Positions 17,680 through 26,693 are shown, numbered from the stretch's first letter. The stretch: 64,000 nucleotides of DNA from Candidatus Omnitrophota bacterium (GCA_026387455.1 JAPLLR010000017.1:5635-69634), one strand, 5' to 3'. Program-made: numbers and translations. Notes: generated from the letters alone by a model not told the origin.

Positions 17680-17734
17680 ACGACCCTCCTTGCGCAGAAA
17701 GCGCAACACTGGCTTATCCTATAAAGCCAGGTGT
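17680..17734 (-). promoter_or_regulatory. Conserved structured 5' leader, copy 2, upstream of the Cys-rich microORF and the sor-rub-tpx-FDP gene string.
   Basis: acgaccctccttgcgcagaaagcgcaacactggcttatcctataaagccaggtgt. The GCGCAA hairpin is retained. The first hairpin changes from ggcc/ggcc to ggct/agcc, a compensatory C:G to U:A change. Confidence 0.55.
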
Positions 17735-17761
17735 TTCACCCTTTACAGCCCCATTATACCC

Positions 17762-19138
17762 CTATTTTAAAATATCTGCCATGTCTTTTTCCGCAGTGGT
17801 AATAAGCTTAAGATCAAAGTTATCCTGCAGCACCTTAAACACATTCGGCGAAATAAACGCCGGAGGTGTCGGGCCTACGCGGATACCCTTAATGCCTAAA
17901 TGCAAAAGGGTCAACAGAATAGCCACTGCCTTTTGCTCAAACCAGGATAACACCAGAGTAAGCGGAAGGTCATTCACCCCGCAATTAAACACCTTGGATA
18001 AAGCCAGCGCCACCTGGATAGCGGAATAAGCGTTATTACACTGTCCGATATCAATTAAACGCGGAATCCCTTCGATCTCACCGAAATCAAGCTTGTTAAA
18101 GCGATACTTTCCACAAGCCAGAGTAAAGATCACGCAATCTTTGGGCACTCTCTCAGCAAGCTCAGTGTAGTAATTTCTTCCCGGCTTTGCTCCATCGCAT
18201 CCACCGATAAGGAAGAAGTGCTTGATCTTTCCGGCCTTGACCAGCCCGACGACCTTATCCGCTAACCCCACAGGGGTAGCCCTTCCTGTACCTTTTAACC
18301 CCACAGGGGTAGCCCTTCCTGTACCTTTTAAGGAAGGGGCTAAGGAAGGGGCTAACCCCAGAATTGCTGTATGATGAAAACCAGTAAGAATCTTTTTTCC
18401 GAGAGTCTCAGGTAAAGAAACCAGAGATTTAGCCTTAGCAATCAGCTCTTTAAAATCCCTATTTTTCAGATGCTTTGCCCCTGTCACTCCGGTGATCCCA
18501 ATAGTGAACAGTTTGTCTAAATAAGAATTATCCGGAGGAATCAATACGCAGTTGGTAGTAGCTAATATAGCTCCGCCAAAAACACTAAACTCTTTCTTCT
18601 GCTCCTGCCAGGCGCCACCATAATTACCCACCAGGTGCTTAAATTTCTTTAATTCCGGATACGCATGCGCCGGAAGCATTTCGCTATGCGTATAAACATT
18701 AACCCCCGTCCCTTCAGTCTGTTTCAATAATTCATACAGGTCCAAAAGATCATGTCCGGTAACTAAAATTCCAGGGCCGGCTTTGGTTCCGGTATCAACC
18801 GCAGTCGGCACAGGATTACCAAACTTAACCGTATGCGCCTTATCCAATAGCTCCATAGTACGTAAGTTCATCTCTCCGCACTTAAGGACTTCTTGAATAT
18901 AATCGTTAAGGTCAAAACTGACGTTAGTTACGGTCTTAAAGAGCGCCTCGTGCATAAAACCATCCACCACTTCATCCTTAGCCCCTAATTCGCGCGCATG
19001 ATAAGCGTATGCCGCGATACCCTTTAATCCAAAAAGTAAAATATCCTGCAAGCTCTGAATATCAGGGTCTTTGCCGCAAACACCTATCTTTGTGCAACCG
19101 CTTCCACCTGCTGTTTGTTCGCATTGATAACAAAACAT
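17762..19138 (-). CDS. hcp: Hybrid cluster protein (hydroxylamine reductase, Hcp) carrying an in-frame insertion of about 30 aa.
   Basis: N-terminal MFCYQCEQTAGGSGCTKIGVCGK cysteine motif. ADKVVGLVKAGKIKHFFLIGGCDGAKPGRNYYTE and the C-terminal region match Hcp. The segment LAPSLAPSLKGTGRATPVGLKGTGRATPVGL interrupts the conserved block. Confidence 0.8.
   Translation of the reverse strand: MFCYQCEQTAGGSGCTKIGVCGKDPDIQSLQDILLFGLKGIAAYAYHARELGAKDEVVDGFMHEALFKTVTNVSFDLNDYIQEVLKCGEMNLRTMELLDKAHTVKFGNPVPTAVDTGTKAGPGILVTGHDLLDLYELLKQTEGTGVNVYTHSEMLPAHAYPELKKFKHLVGNYGGAWQEQKKEFSVFGGAILATTNCVLIPPDNSYLDKLFTIGITGVTGAKHLKNRDFKELIAKAKSLVSLPETLGKKILTGFHHTAILGLAPSLAPSLKGTGRATPVGLKGTGRATPVGLADKVVGLVKAGKIKHFFLIGGCDGAKPGRNYYTELAERVPKDCVIFTLACGKYRFNKLDFGEIEGIPRLIDIGQCNNAYSAIQVALALSKVFNCGVNDLPLTLVLSWFEQKAVAILLTLLHLGIKGIRVGPTPPAFISPNVFKVLQDNFDLKLITTAEKDMADILK
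18261..18354. repeat. Palindromic repeat element inserted in-frame inside hcp: two tandem 32-nt units, then two 12-nt inverted units, flanked by the direct repeat gctaacccca.
   Basis: ccccacaggggtagcccttcctgtacctttta occurs twice (18266-18297 and 18299-18330), then aggaaggggcta occurs twice (18331-18354). gctaacccca is present at 18261-18270 and again at 18351-18360. A related copy, ccccacaggggtaggccttcc...aggaagagcc, lies at 51961-52000. Confidence 0.7.
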
Positions 19139-19151
19139 AATTTTTCCCCTT

Positions 19152-19222
19152 TAATTTGCCCTCGTTTCCTTCGAGGCAAATTACCCCGAAGCGTATCCCG
19201 AAAATATCGAAGAGATTTTCGG
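19152..19222. repeat. Composite hairpin element of the conserved-loop family: hairpin A (aatttgccctcg...cgaggcaaatt) followed by hairpin B (cccgaaaat-ATCGAAGAG-attttcggg).
   Basis: Perfect inverted repeats read directly from the sequence. The element lies between the 4Fe-4S/zinc-ribbon genes and the hcp start. Confidence 0.6.
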
Positions 19223-19243
19223 GATGATTACGCGAGGGGTTAA

Positions 19244-19474
19244 TTATTTCTTCCCCTTCAACTCTTTCCACTTCTTTTCGCCGATACACTCTTTTGCTGC
19301 TTTACACCAGTCCACGCAGGAAGGTAACCTTTCCCTGCAGATCAAGCCCTTACACTTAGGGCATTTTACTTTTATCTCGTCAGAAAAAATCTCCGCCTGA
19401 TACCCGCAATCCGGGCATTTAATAATTTCAGATTTAATATTTCGATCATCCTGGCCGGGGCATTTCTGGATCAC
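19244..19474 (-). CDS. Small Cys-rich zinc-ribbon protein.
   Basis: 76 aa with multiple CxxC pairs (CPDCGYQ...CPKCKGLIC...CVDWC). Confidence 0.4.
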   Translation of the reverse strand: MIQKCPGQDDRNIKSEIIKCPDCGYQAEIFSDEIKVKCPKCKGLICRERLPSCVDWCKAAKECIGEKKWKELKGKK

Positions 19475-20202
19475 TTTAATCTATCTCCTTTAATACTGAT
19501 AATCACGTCACAAAAAGACACAATCTTTCCCGAAGCGCTTATGGCCTGCTGAATAACCGGCATCAATCCAAAGCAGCAGGGCACCTCCATATGCGCGTAG
19601 GTGATGGATTTAATATTGTTGTGCTCAATAATCTGTGTAATTTTTTGCGTATACAACCCGATATCGTCGAATTTAGGGCAACCCACCAGTAGTACCTTAC
19701 CTTTCAACAAATCCTGGTGAAAGTTAGCATAGGCAAAAGGCACGCAATCCGCAGCGATCAGAATATCCGCATTATCCAGAAACGGTACGAACACCGGAAC
19801 CAACATCAGCTGTATCGGCCATTGACCTAATTGCGACTCTTGAGCCCCTGCCACAGGCGCATGAGCAGTAAATGGTTCTTCCTTTTTAAACTCCATAACC
19901 TTGGCCCCCGGGCATTCGGCATGGCCATGAGCATGATGCGCAATAATCGTATTCTTGCCCTGCTTAACAATATTCTCCATCACACGGCACTCATCATACT
20001 TCTCGGCTTCCCGCTCTTCGATAGTGATCGCTGCCTGCGGACAGTAACCAATACAAGCGCCAAGTCCATCGCAGAACAAATCACTGATCAAACGCGCCTT
20101 ATTGTCAACGATCTGGATCGCGCCCTCAGGACAATTGGGGATACACTGACCGCAACCGTTACACTTAGCCTCATCAATCTTAATAATCTTTCTTTTCGCC
20201 AT
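19471..20202 (-). CDS. 4Fe-4S dicluster ferredoxin-domain protein with a Cys-rich C-terminal domain.
   Basis: CNGCGQCIPNCP and CDGLGACIGYCP 4Fe-4S motifs at the N-terminus; 243 aa. Confidence 0.6.
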   Translation of the reverse strand: MAKRKIIKIDEAKCNGCGQCIPNCPEGAIQIVDNKARLISDLFCDGLGACIGYCPQAAITIEEREAEKYDECRVMENIVKQGKNTIIAHHAHGHAECPGAKVMEFKKEEPFTAHAPVAGAQESQLGQWPIQLMLVPVFVPFLDNADILIAADCVPFAYANFHQDLLKGKVLLVGCPKFDDIGLYTQKITQIIEHNNIKSITYAHMEVPCCFGLMPVIQQAISASGKIVSFCDVIISIKGDRLK

Positions 20203-20216
20203 GATAATCTCCTTAT

Positions 20217-20672
20217 CTAAAACAATGAAGCAATGGTAACCAGCCTTAACTCCTTAAGTACATACTGTTCTATTTTATCGATTTTCTTCTTAAGCGCGCA
20301 TCTTTTTATGTTAGGACAGACTACTTTTTTAAAAAGACATTCATTCAAACGAAATTTCCCCTGAAAGATCTCCATCAGTCCCAATAAGGAAATGCTCTCT
20401 GCGGACCTAGCCAACAGAAATCCTCCCCCCCTACCTTTATAGGCCACAAGCACACCTTCTTTATGCAATATCTGAAGGATCTTTCTTAAAAATGGTTTGG
20501 GGATTTTAAGCTCTTTAACTAAATCCCCTACATTGACGATCTCGTTTTTTCTACCCAGCATAAAACATAAAGCCCTTAACGCGTAATCCGTATCTCTGGT
20601 GATTAATTTCACCCCGCCCTTCCTTTCTAAAGACCCTCGCCCTACTTTAGGAAGGGCGGGGTTCATTCTCAC
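20217..20672 (-). CDS. Rrf2-family transcriptional regulator (NsrR/IscR-like), probably Fe-S cluster-binding. The true start is probably internal to the listed ORF.
   Basis: KLITRDTDYALRALCFML winged-helix N-terminus. Three clustered Cys (ECLFKKVVCPNIKRC) as in NsrR/IscR. It lies adjacent to hcp, the classical NsrR target. Confidence 0.7.
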   Translation of the reverse strand: MRMNPALPKVGRGSLERKGGVKLITRDTDYALRALCFMLGRKNEIVNVGDLVKELKIPKPFLRKILQILHKEGVLVAYKGRGGGFLLARSAESISLLGLMEIFQGKFRLNECLFKKVVCPNIKRCALKKKIDKIEQYVLKELRLVTIASLF

Positions 20673-20797
20673 AAAAAAATGCTACTGGGCAGTTTTACGT
20701 CTTACCCAGGACAAAATACTACAACCCTCTTTGCAGTGGGCGACCGGGCGCAGCATATACTTAACAGTAATATCCATGGCAGAGCTCCTTTCAGAGT

Positions 20798-20820
20798 AAT
20801 GATACCACATCAGTATCATT
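20798..20820. promoter_or_regulatory. Candidate operator: perfect dyad AATGATAC-n7-GTATCATT upstream of the Rrf2 regulator gene.
   Basis: aatgataccacatcagtatcatt, with 8-bp arms that are exact reverse complements. Confidence 0.35.
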
Positions 20821-20857
20821 TGTCAAGAAAAAAATCCTCTATTCTTTAAATATCCTA

Positions 20858-21205
20858 TTACTGTGCTTTAATCTCTTTCATTAGTTTGCCGCTAATACTG
20901 CAGTAGGCTTCCACTGAGAGCAAATCTCCAGACTTAATATCGGGGGAAGTGTAGGTAACGGTCTGGGAAAAGTAGCTATCCTGCTTTTTAAACTTTAGCT
21001 CCGCTATTTCTTTTCCGTTTAATCCGATGTCAACTTTATTTATATAATGCTGAGTGGGATTGCTTACGTTATGCTTTATCACGGCAGTCAAGGTCTTGGT
21101 AGCGGCATCATATGTGATGATGATATCTGACGGAGGATGGGCGTATGCCACAGAAGCGCTCAGCAGAGAAACCAACAATAGGATAGATACAACTATACTT
21201 CTCAT
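20858..21205 (-). CDS. Small secreted protein of unknown function.
   Basis: Signal peptide MRSIVVSILLLVSLLSASVAYA; about 115 aa. Confidence 0.4.
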   Translation of the reverse strand: MRSIVVSILLLVSLLSASVAYAHPPSDIIITYDAATKTLTAVIKHNVSNPTQHYINKVDIGLNGKEIAELKFKKQDSYFSQTVTYTSPDIKSGDLLSVEAYCSISGKLMKEIKAQ

Positions 21206-21951
21206 GCTATCCTCCTTTGCGGAATATGGTTTAACATCGGGGTAAGTGCATTCAAAATCAAAAGGCTGCAAAGCTCCACATCAAATCTAACGCCCATCTC
21301 AGTCAGAACAAAAATAAATACTGCGGTACCCGCGCCGAAGATAACCTTGCCAACCTGTTTTGAAGGGGTAGTCTTTGGCTCGATAAGCATAATAAACAAA
21401 TAGAAATAATTAAGGTACCCTAAAATATTCCATATGGGGCCCTTGCGGATAAATACCTGTATCCCGAAAAGAACGAAGAAAACCAAAACAAAGCCCGCTA
21501 GTATCTCAAGCTTCTGAATTTTATAAACAAAATAAATCCCGAAAGGAACCAAAATATACCAAAGATACACCCCTCTCCACTGCGTAAAAGCTCCGAGGAG
21601 GATTATTGACAGGAAGATTCCGAAGGCCGCAGGATTAAAAACATGCTTTGAGTTTATGCGTAGCAGGTGCTTTGAAGCGATGGCGAATACTGCCGCAAGC
21701 ACGATCACCCACCAGCGGTTATCTGCGGAAAGTACGGTTCCAACAATCAAACCGCTGATAAGAGAACTCTGCGTCACCTGAAACTTTTTGCTTCTAAAAT
21801 ACAAGAGCAAAGATTCCGTGCCTGAGGCCGCGGCAACCGAAAGGCACAGCGTAAAGATAAAAGCCGATTGCTTATCTATTAAATATGAATATGCGGCAAA
21901 GCATGCCAAAAAAATAATCAACTGAATTTTAATTGATTTAAAATCGGCCAT
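21202..21951 (-). CDS. Polytopic integral membrane protein of unknown function.
   Basis: 249 aa, multiple hydrophobic helices. Confidence 0.4.
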   Translation of the reverse strand: MADFKSIKIQLIIFLACFAAYSYLIDKQSAFIFTLCLSVAAASGTESLLLYFRSKKFQVTQSSLISGLIVGTVLSADNRWWVIVLAAVFAIASKHLLRINSKHVFNPAAFGIFLSIILLGAFTQWRGVYLWYILVPFGIYFVYKIQKLEILAGFVLVFFVLFGIQVFIRKGPIWNILGYLNYFYLFIMLIEPKTTPSKQVGKVIFGAGTAVFIFVLTEMGVRFDVELCSLLILNALTPMLNHIPQRRIA

Positions 21952-21960
21952 TTAACAAAT

Positions 21961-23232
21961 CTACCTACTCCAGATAAACCAGATAAATAGATACGCGGCA
22001 GTAACAGCGGCAAAGGTGAAAGGAATACCGATCTTCATAAAATCTTTGAATTTAACATCAATACCCTCTTTTTTCAGCAGACTGCAGGCGACAATATTAG
22101 CTGAAGCGCCTATAGGAGTGATATTACCACCCAGGCTTGCCCCGATAAGCAGCCCGAAAAGAAACAACGAAGGGTTTATTTGCAGCTTATCCGACATGGA
22201 GATGGCAACCGGAAGCATGGCTGCCAGAAACGGGACATTATCAATAAAAGCGGAAAGAATAACCGACATGAAAACGATCAGGGTATAACCTAAGAAGATA
22301 TTCTCTCCCACGATCCCAGAGAGAAAATTAGCCGTCACCTCAATCCACCCGGTAAGCGCAATGCTCCCTACTAGAATAAAAATGCCCATAAGAAAAAATG
22401 TAGTTTCCCAATCTAGAGATTTTATCCCTTTGGCAACAGAGCCTTTGTTTGCCAGCTTATCCCAGACAAAAGAAATTACAGCAGCTGCCATACATAAAAT
22501 ACCTGCCATATAGGAAAAACCAGTGTCGAAAAATGACGATAGTGCCAAAACGAGGATCAGACTAACCAGGATAACAGTCGGAACCCAGGACTTAACTTTT
22601 TCAGCCGGAACAAGCCTCATCTTCTCTTTATGACGCCTAAAAATGAAGTAGAGCACGAAAAATGAAACCAAAGCGCCCAACTCAACAGCAAAGAAAATAC
22701 TGGGCCGGCCCTTATAGAAAAAGAAATCGCCAAAATTCATCTTGGCAAAACCACCCAGTAGCATACTCGGAGGATCACCAATCAAAGTAGCAGTGCCCTG
22801 AAGATTACTGGATACGGCAATAGCAATCATCATCTTCATAGGGTTTATCTTAAGTTTCTTAGCCAAGGCTAAAGCGATAGGAGCAACGATCAAAACCGTA
22901 GCCACATTCTCTACAAAAGCGGATATAAAACCAGTCAACAAGCAAATAAGAAGAATAGCCCAAGTAGTGTTCTTTGCCTTATCCACGATTACCTCAGCGA
23001 TATAGGCAGGCACCCGGCTATCCATGAAGATACCCGCGACCACCAATGTCCCAACAAATATCCCCATAACATTCCAGTTTATAGCAAAGAATGCATCTTT
23101 AGGGGAGATAGTTCCGGTAAGAATCAACAACAAGCTTCCCACAACTGCAATGTGGGTGCGTTTATTCGGCAGGAAGATAAAAAGAATATAAGCGAGAATA
23201 AATATAATTAGTGAAATTAGGCTATGGCTCAT
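21961..23232 (-). CDS. ArsB/NhaD-superfamily (SLC13/CitMHS-like) anion permease.
   Basis: 423 aa polytopic membrane protein with the typical duplicated half-transporter layout and Gly/Ser-rich hairpin motifs (GSIALTGW, GGNITPIGASANIV). Confidence 0.5.
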   Translation of the reverse strand: MSHSLISLIIFILAYILFIFLPNKRTHIAVVGSLLLILTGTISPKDAFFAINWNVMGIFVGTLVVAGIFMDSRVPAYIAEVIVDKAKNTTWAILLICLLTGFISAFVENVATVLIVAPIALALAKKLKINPMKMMIAIAVSSNLQGTATLIGDPPSMLLGGFAKMNFGDFFFYKGRPSIFFAVELGALVSFFVLYFIFRRHKEKMRLVPAEKVKSWVPTVILVSLILVLALSSFFDTGFSYMAGILCMAAAVISFVWDKLANKGSVAKGIKSLDWETTFFLMGIFILVGSIALTGWIEVTANFLSGIVGENIFLGYTLIVFMSVILSAFIDNVPFLAAMLPVAISMSDKLQINPSLFLFGLLIGASLGGNITPIGASANIVACSLLKKEGIDVKFKDFMKIGIPFTFAAVTAAYLFIWFIWSR

Positions 23233-23244
23233 AGGTTTATACTA

Positions 23245-23865
23245 TTATCTGCAGCCAGATGTGTCAACAAAAGCTTTGCGAAACTTTAATATTTCTCCAT
23301 ATACATCTAACTTGCTTAACACCGCAGAAATTGCGCAGATGCTGTCAGCCCCGGACTTAATGACTTTCTTAGCGTTCTTTAAGTTAATACCCCCCAGGGC
23401 CACGATCGGGATCCTAACTCGTTTGCTTATTTCTTTTAGTTTATCGATCCCGATAGGCTTGCCAGCATCTAATTTTGTGCCGGTTGAAAATATCGGTGAA
23501 ACTCCCAGATAATCCGCGCCCTGCTTTTGAGCAATAAGGGCTTCTTTTAAATTGTGCACGGTGACACCGATTATTTTCTTCCCACCCAGCAATTTTCTTA
23601 CCACAGGAAGAGACAAATCATATTGACCTAAATGCACTCCGTCAGCGCCGCAAGCCAAAGTGATATCTATGCGATCATTAACCAGAAAAGTTATGTTCTT
23701 ACAGATGCGGCGCAGGACCTTTGCCTCCCTAAACATCTCGCGGCTAGACTTATTTTTCTCCCGATACTGCACAACTTTTACCCCGGCTTTGACCGCATTC
23801 CTTACGTCACTAGAAATCCCATTACGGCTAAGCCTAGAATCAGTAATAAAATAAAATCCCTTCAT
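23245..23865 (-). CDS. thiE: Thiamine-phosphate synthase.
   Basis: 206 aa. Full-length colinearity with ThiE (YFITD..., VQYREK, GADGVHLGQ, GVSPIFST, ALGGI). Confidence 0.8.
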   Translation of the reverse strand: MKGFYFITDSRLSRNGISSDVRNAVKAGVKVVQYREKNKSSREMFREAKVLRRICKNITFLVNDRIDITLACGADGVHLGQYDLSLPVVRKLLGGKKIIGVTVHNLKEALIAQKQGADYLGVSPIFSTGTKLDAGKPIGIDKLKEISKRVRIPIVALGGINLKNAKKVIKSGADSICAISAVLSKLDVYGEILKFRKAFVDTSGCR

Positions 23866-24668
23866 AGCCTCTCTACTTTTTGCTTATTGTTGATGGTCAA
23901 CTTATCCAGGTTTGCCAAACAGTCAAAAATGCCTTCCTTAAACGATCCCGGGCCTTTTGCCTTTTTCGCGGCGCACTCAGCAGCAAGCTCGAAACACACC
24001 AGCGCGCTAGCCGAAGCTAAAGCATAATCATTCTCTACCGCAGCAAATGCGCCGATAACTGAGGCTACCATGCAACCGCTGCCCACAATCTCAGTCAGCT
24101 TAGGAGTACCGTTTTTTACTATATATGTATTTATCCCGTCGCTAATGATATCTTCCTTACCGGTTACAACCACCGTAGCCTTACGTATTTGCGCAAGCTC
24201 TCGGGCGATTTCCTTTAAATTTGCGCTTACATGAGCAGCATCTACTCCTTTAGTGCGTACTTCCTCTCCGTTGATCCTAGCGATCTCAGAGGCATTGCCT
24301 TTGATTATATCTATTTTTACCTCATGCAGCAATTCCACGCATTTCTCATCGCGCAGCCGCGTTGCCCCGGCCCCACAGACATCCAAGATTACCGGTATGC
24401 CTTTTTCATTTGCGCTAATTGCCGCGATCTTCATCGCCTCCACAAAATCAACGGTGAGCGTTCCGATATTTAACACTAAGCTGGAAGCAATTTTCGCCAT
24501 CTCAGCTACCTCTTCTTTGGCATGAGCCATTACCGGAGAACCACCCATTACTTTGACTATCTGGGCACAGTCATAAATAGTCACCCAGTTAGTCAGATGG
24601 TGCACCACCGGCTTTTTTTCTCTGATCTTCTCCAACAGCTCCGCTGCCTCAATCTTTATTTTTTTCAT
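23862..24668 (-). CDS. thiM: Hydroxyethylthiazole kinase.
   Basis: 268 aa. ThiM-like motifs (HHLTNWVT..., GSPVMAH, IKGNASEI, GSGCM). Confidence 0.75.
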   Translation of the reverse strand: MKKIKIEAAELLEKIREKKPVVHHLTNWVTIYDCAQIVKVMGGSPVMAHAKEEVAEMAKIASSLVLNIGTLTVDFVEAMKIAAISANEKGIPVILDVCGAGATRLRDEKCVELLHEVKIDIIKGNASEIARINGEEVRTKGVDAAHVSANLKEIARELAQIRKATVVVTGKEDIISDGINTYIVKNGTPKLTEIVGSGCMVASVIGAFAAVENDYALASASALVCFELAAECAAKKAKGPGSFKEGIFDCLANLDKLTINNKQKVERL

Positions 24669-24696
24669 TTTCTTCCCTCAGTAATTATTTGATTCT

Positions 24697-25707
24697 TCAA
24701 GAAAACACTCCCGGAATGACAGCCTTACAGAATACGCACTTTCCTTCCTGTATATTATTTTCTAAAACGCTGAAAACTTCTCTTCTTACCAAAAGCTTAT
24801 TGCAGCTTGAGCAATAGGTATCATTGCCAAAACCGTAAACATTACCTATATATATGTAATTAAGCCCTACCTTACGCCCCAAATCGTATGCGCGCTTTAA
24901 AGTCTCCTCGGGAGTCGCCTGATGATCGGAAAATTTATAATCAGGATGGAATCTGGAAATATGCCAGGGGATACTTTTGTCCACTCCGGCAATAAACCCG
25001 GCAATATCCTTAATCTCTTCTTTAGAGTCATTTTCACCCGGAACGATCAGAGTGGTCACTTCCACCCAAATGCCCAGCTCATGCATTAGGCGGATAGAAT
25101 CCAAAACCGGCTGCAGACTTCCAGAGCACACCTTGCGATAAGATGCATCACGAAAGAATTTTAAATCCACATTCGCCGCATCTAGATTCGGCCGGATCAT
25201 TTCCAGACATTCACTAGTCATATAACCGTTAGTGACAAAATTATTATACAGCCCCCTAGCCTTAGCCAACTTTGCCGTCTCTAAAGCGTATTCAAAAAAT
25301 ATCGTAGGTTCAGTATAGGTGTAAGAAATACTTTTACAGCCATTATCCAGCGCCGCTTTTACGATTTCTTCGGGTGAAAAAGGCTCGCCTGCGGGATCTT
25401 TATCGCTAAAGAACCGCTGAGAGATCTGCCAGTTCTGACAAAAGCTACAACGGAAGTTACACCCAATAGTGGCGATAGAAAAAGATTTAGAACTAGGCAG
25501 GAAATGATACAGCGGCTTTTTCTCAATAGAATCTACATGCGCGGCAATTACCTTGCCATAAGCATGGGTATACAAAACACCCCCGATATTCTCTCTCACC
25601 CCACAGAAGCCGAATTTTCCCTCGGCTATCTTACACTGATGCGCGCATAAATAGCAATGCACCCCTTTATTCTCTAACTTTTTATAAAGAAGAGCTTCTT
25701 TTTTCAT
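24697..25707 (-). CDS. Radical SAM enzyme of the AmmeMemoRadiSam-system type (AmrS-like).
   Basis: N-terminal CYLCAHQC Cys motif, then GFCGVREN...IEKKPLYHF...GCNFRCSFCQNW radical-SAM CxxxCxxC motif, as in AmrS / PFL-activase-related enzymes. Confidence 0.55.
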   Translation of the reverse strand: MKKEALLYKKLENKGVHCYLCAHQCKIAEGKFGFCGVRENIGGVLYTHAYGKVIAAHVDSIEKKPLYHFLPSSKSFSIATIGCNFRCSFCQNWQISQRFFSDKDPAGEPFSPEEIVKAALDNGCKSISYTYTEPTIFFEYALETAKLAKARGLYNNFVTNGYMTSECLEMIRPNLDAANVDLKFFRDASYRKVCSGSLQPVLDSIRLMHELGIWVEVTTLIVPGENDSKEEIKDIAGFIAGVDKSIPWHISRFHPDYKFSDHQATPEETLKRAYDLGRKVGLNYIYIGNVYGFGNDTYCSSCNKLLVRREVFSVLENNIQEGKCVFCKAVIPGVFS

Positions 25708-26693
25708 ATCCGTATTTTCTCTAGCTCCACGTCATCCAAAGGAAAAACTTCCAGAATTTTCTCTTCTTTATCTTGAGCCGTCCGGTATGATATCTTTACA
25801 TTCGCTCCTGCCGGCTTATCGCAATACCTGGCAATAATACTGCAGGAAAGCTTGATCAGACTTTGGGTAAAATTTCCCCTACCTAAGGCGGTTGAGCCGG
25901 CAGTTTCCGGAGGCATAAACACATAATCTCCTGCCTGCGCAAGATCAGCTAATTGATTATCTTCTTCTTCATCGCGGCCCACTACCAACTTTGTATTAGG
26001 ACTCAGACGAAAATGCCTGCCGAATTTCAACAGCCCCACTTCCCGCGCATTCAGCTCTTTGTGCTCAATCAATTCTTTAAGCCTGCGGGAAAATCCCGGA
26101 TCAGTCAAAAGACATCCCCCCGAAGGCCAAGCATAATCTTTAATCTGTAATTCTTTAGCTAAATCAACTTGGGGATTTCGCCTGCGGCCGTTAAAATTCA
26201 GTAGCCCATCACGCCTGACCCACCCTTTGATTTCCGGGATTGTTTCGGCAAGCACCCGTGCGCAAAGTGGCCTGACCACTAAACCTTCCAGACCTGCCCG
26301 GCGAGGGATAAGAAAAAGCGCCTGTTTATGCTGTGACATCGGCCGCTGGCCCAAAACTTCACCGGTGACCACGAAATCAGCGCCCAACTCCTGCATCAGA
26401 CCCTTAGCCTTAGAAAGCATGAGAATCTTGCAATCTATGCAGGGGTTCATGTTCGAACCGAACCCATAGCGGGGATTCTTAAGCACATCGAGGAACTCCT
26501 GCTCCAGATCAACCTTGATCAGGTCCAGGCCAAGATTTTCCTTAACCAGCACCGACTGCCGGGAAGAATCTTTTACCTTATGACAAAAAGGGATCTTGAA
26601 ATGCAGTGGTATGACTTCAACCCCCTGTCCCTGGATGACCTTCGCCGCCAAGATACTGTCTAAACCTCCAGAAATCAACGCAATTGCCTTCAT
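25704..26693 (-). CDS. PP-loop superfamily ATP pyrophosphatase (ThiI/MnmA/LarE-like sulfur-transfer or adenylating enzyme).
   Basis: N-terminal SGGLDS PP-loop (KAIALISGGLDSILAAKV); 329 aa. Confidence 0.55.
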   Translation of the reverse strand: MKAIALISGGLDSILAAKVIQGQGVEVIPLHFKIPFCHKVKDSSRQSVLVKENLGLDLIKVDLEQEFLDVLKNPRYGFGSNMNPCIDCKILMLSKAKGLMQELGADFVVTGEVLGQRPMSQHKQALFLIPRRAGLEGLVVRPLCARVLAETIPEIKGWVRRDGLLNFNGRRRNPQVDLAKELQIKDYAWPSGGCLLTDPGFSRRLKELIEHKELNAREVGLLKFGRHFRLSPNTKLVVGRDEEEDNQLADLAQAGDYVFMPPETAGSTALGRGNFTQSLIKLSCSIIARYCDKPAGANVKISYRTAQDKEEKILEVFPLDDVELEKIRI

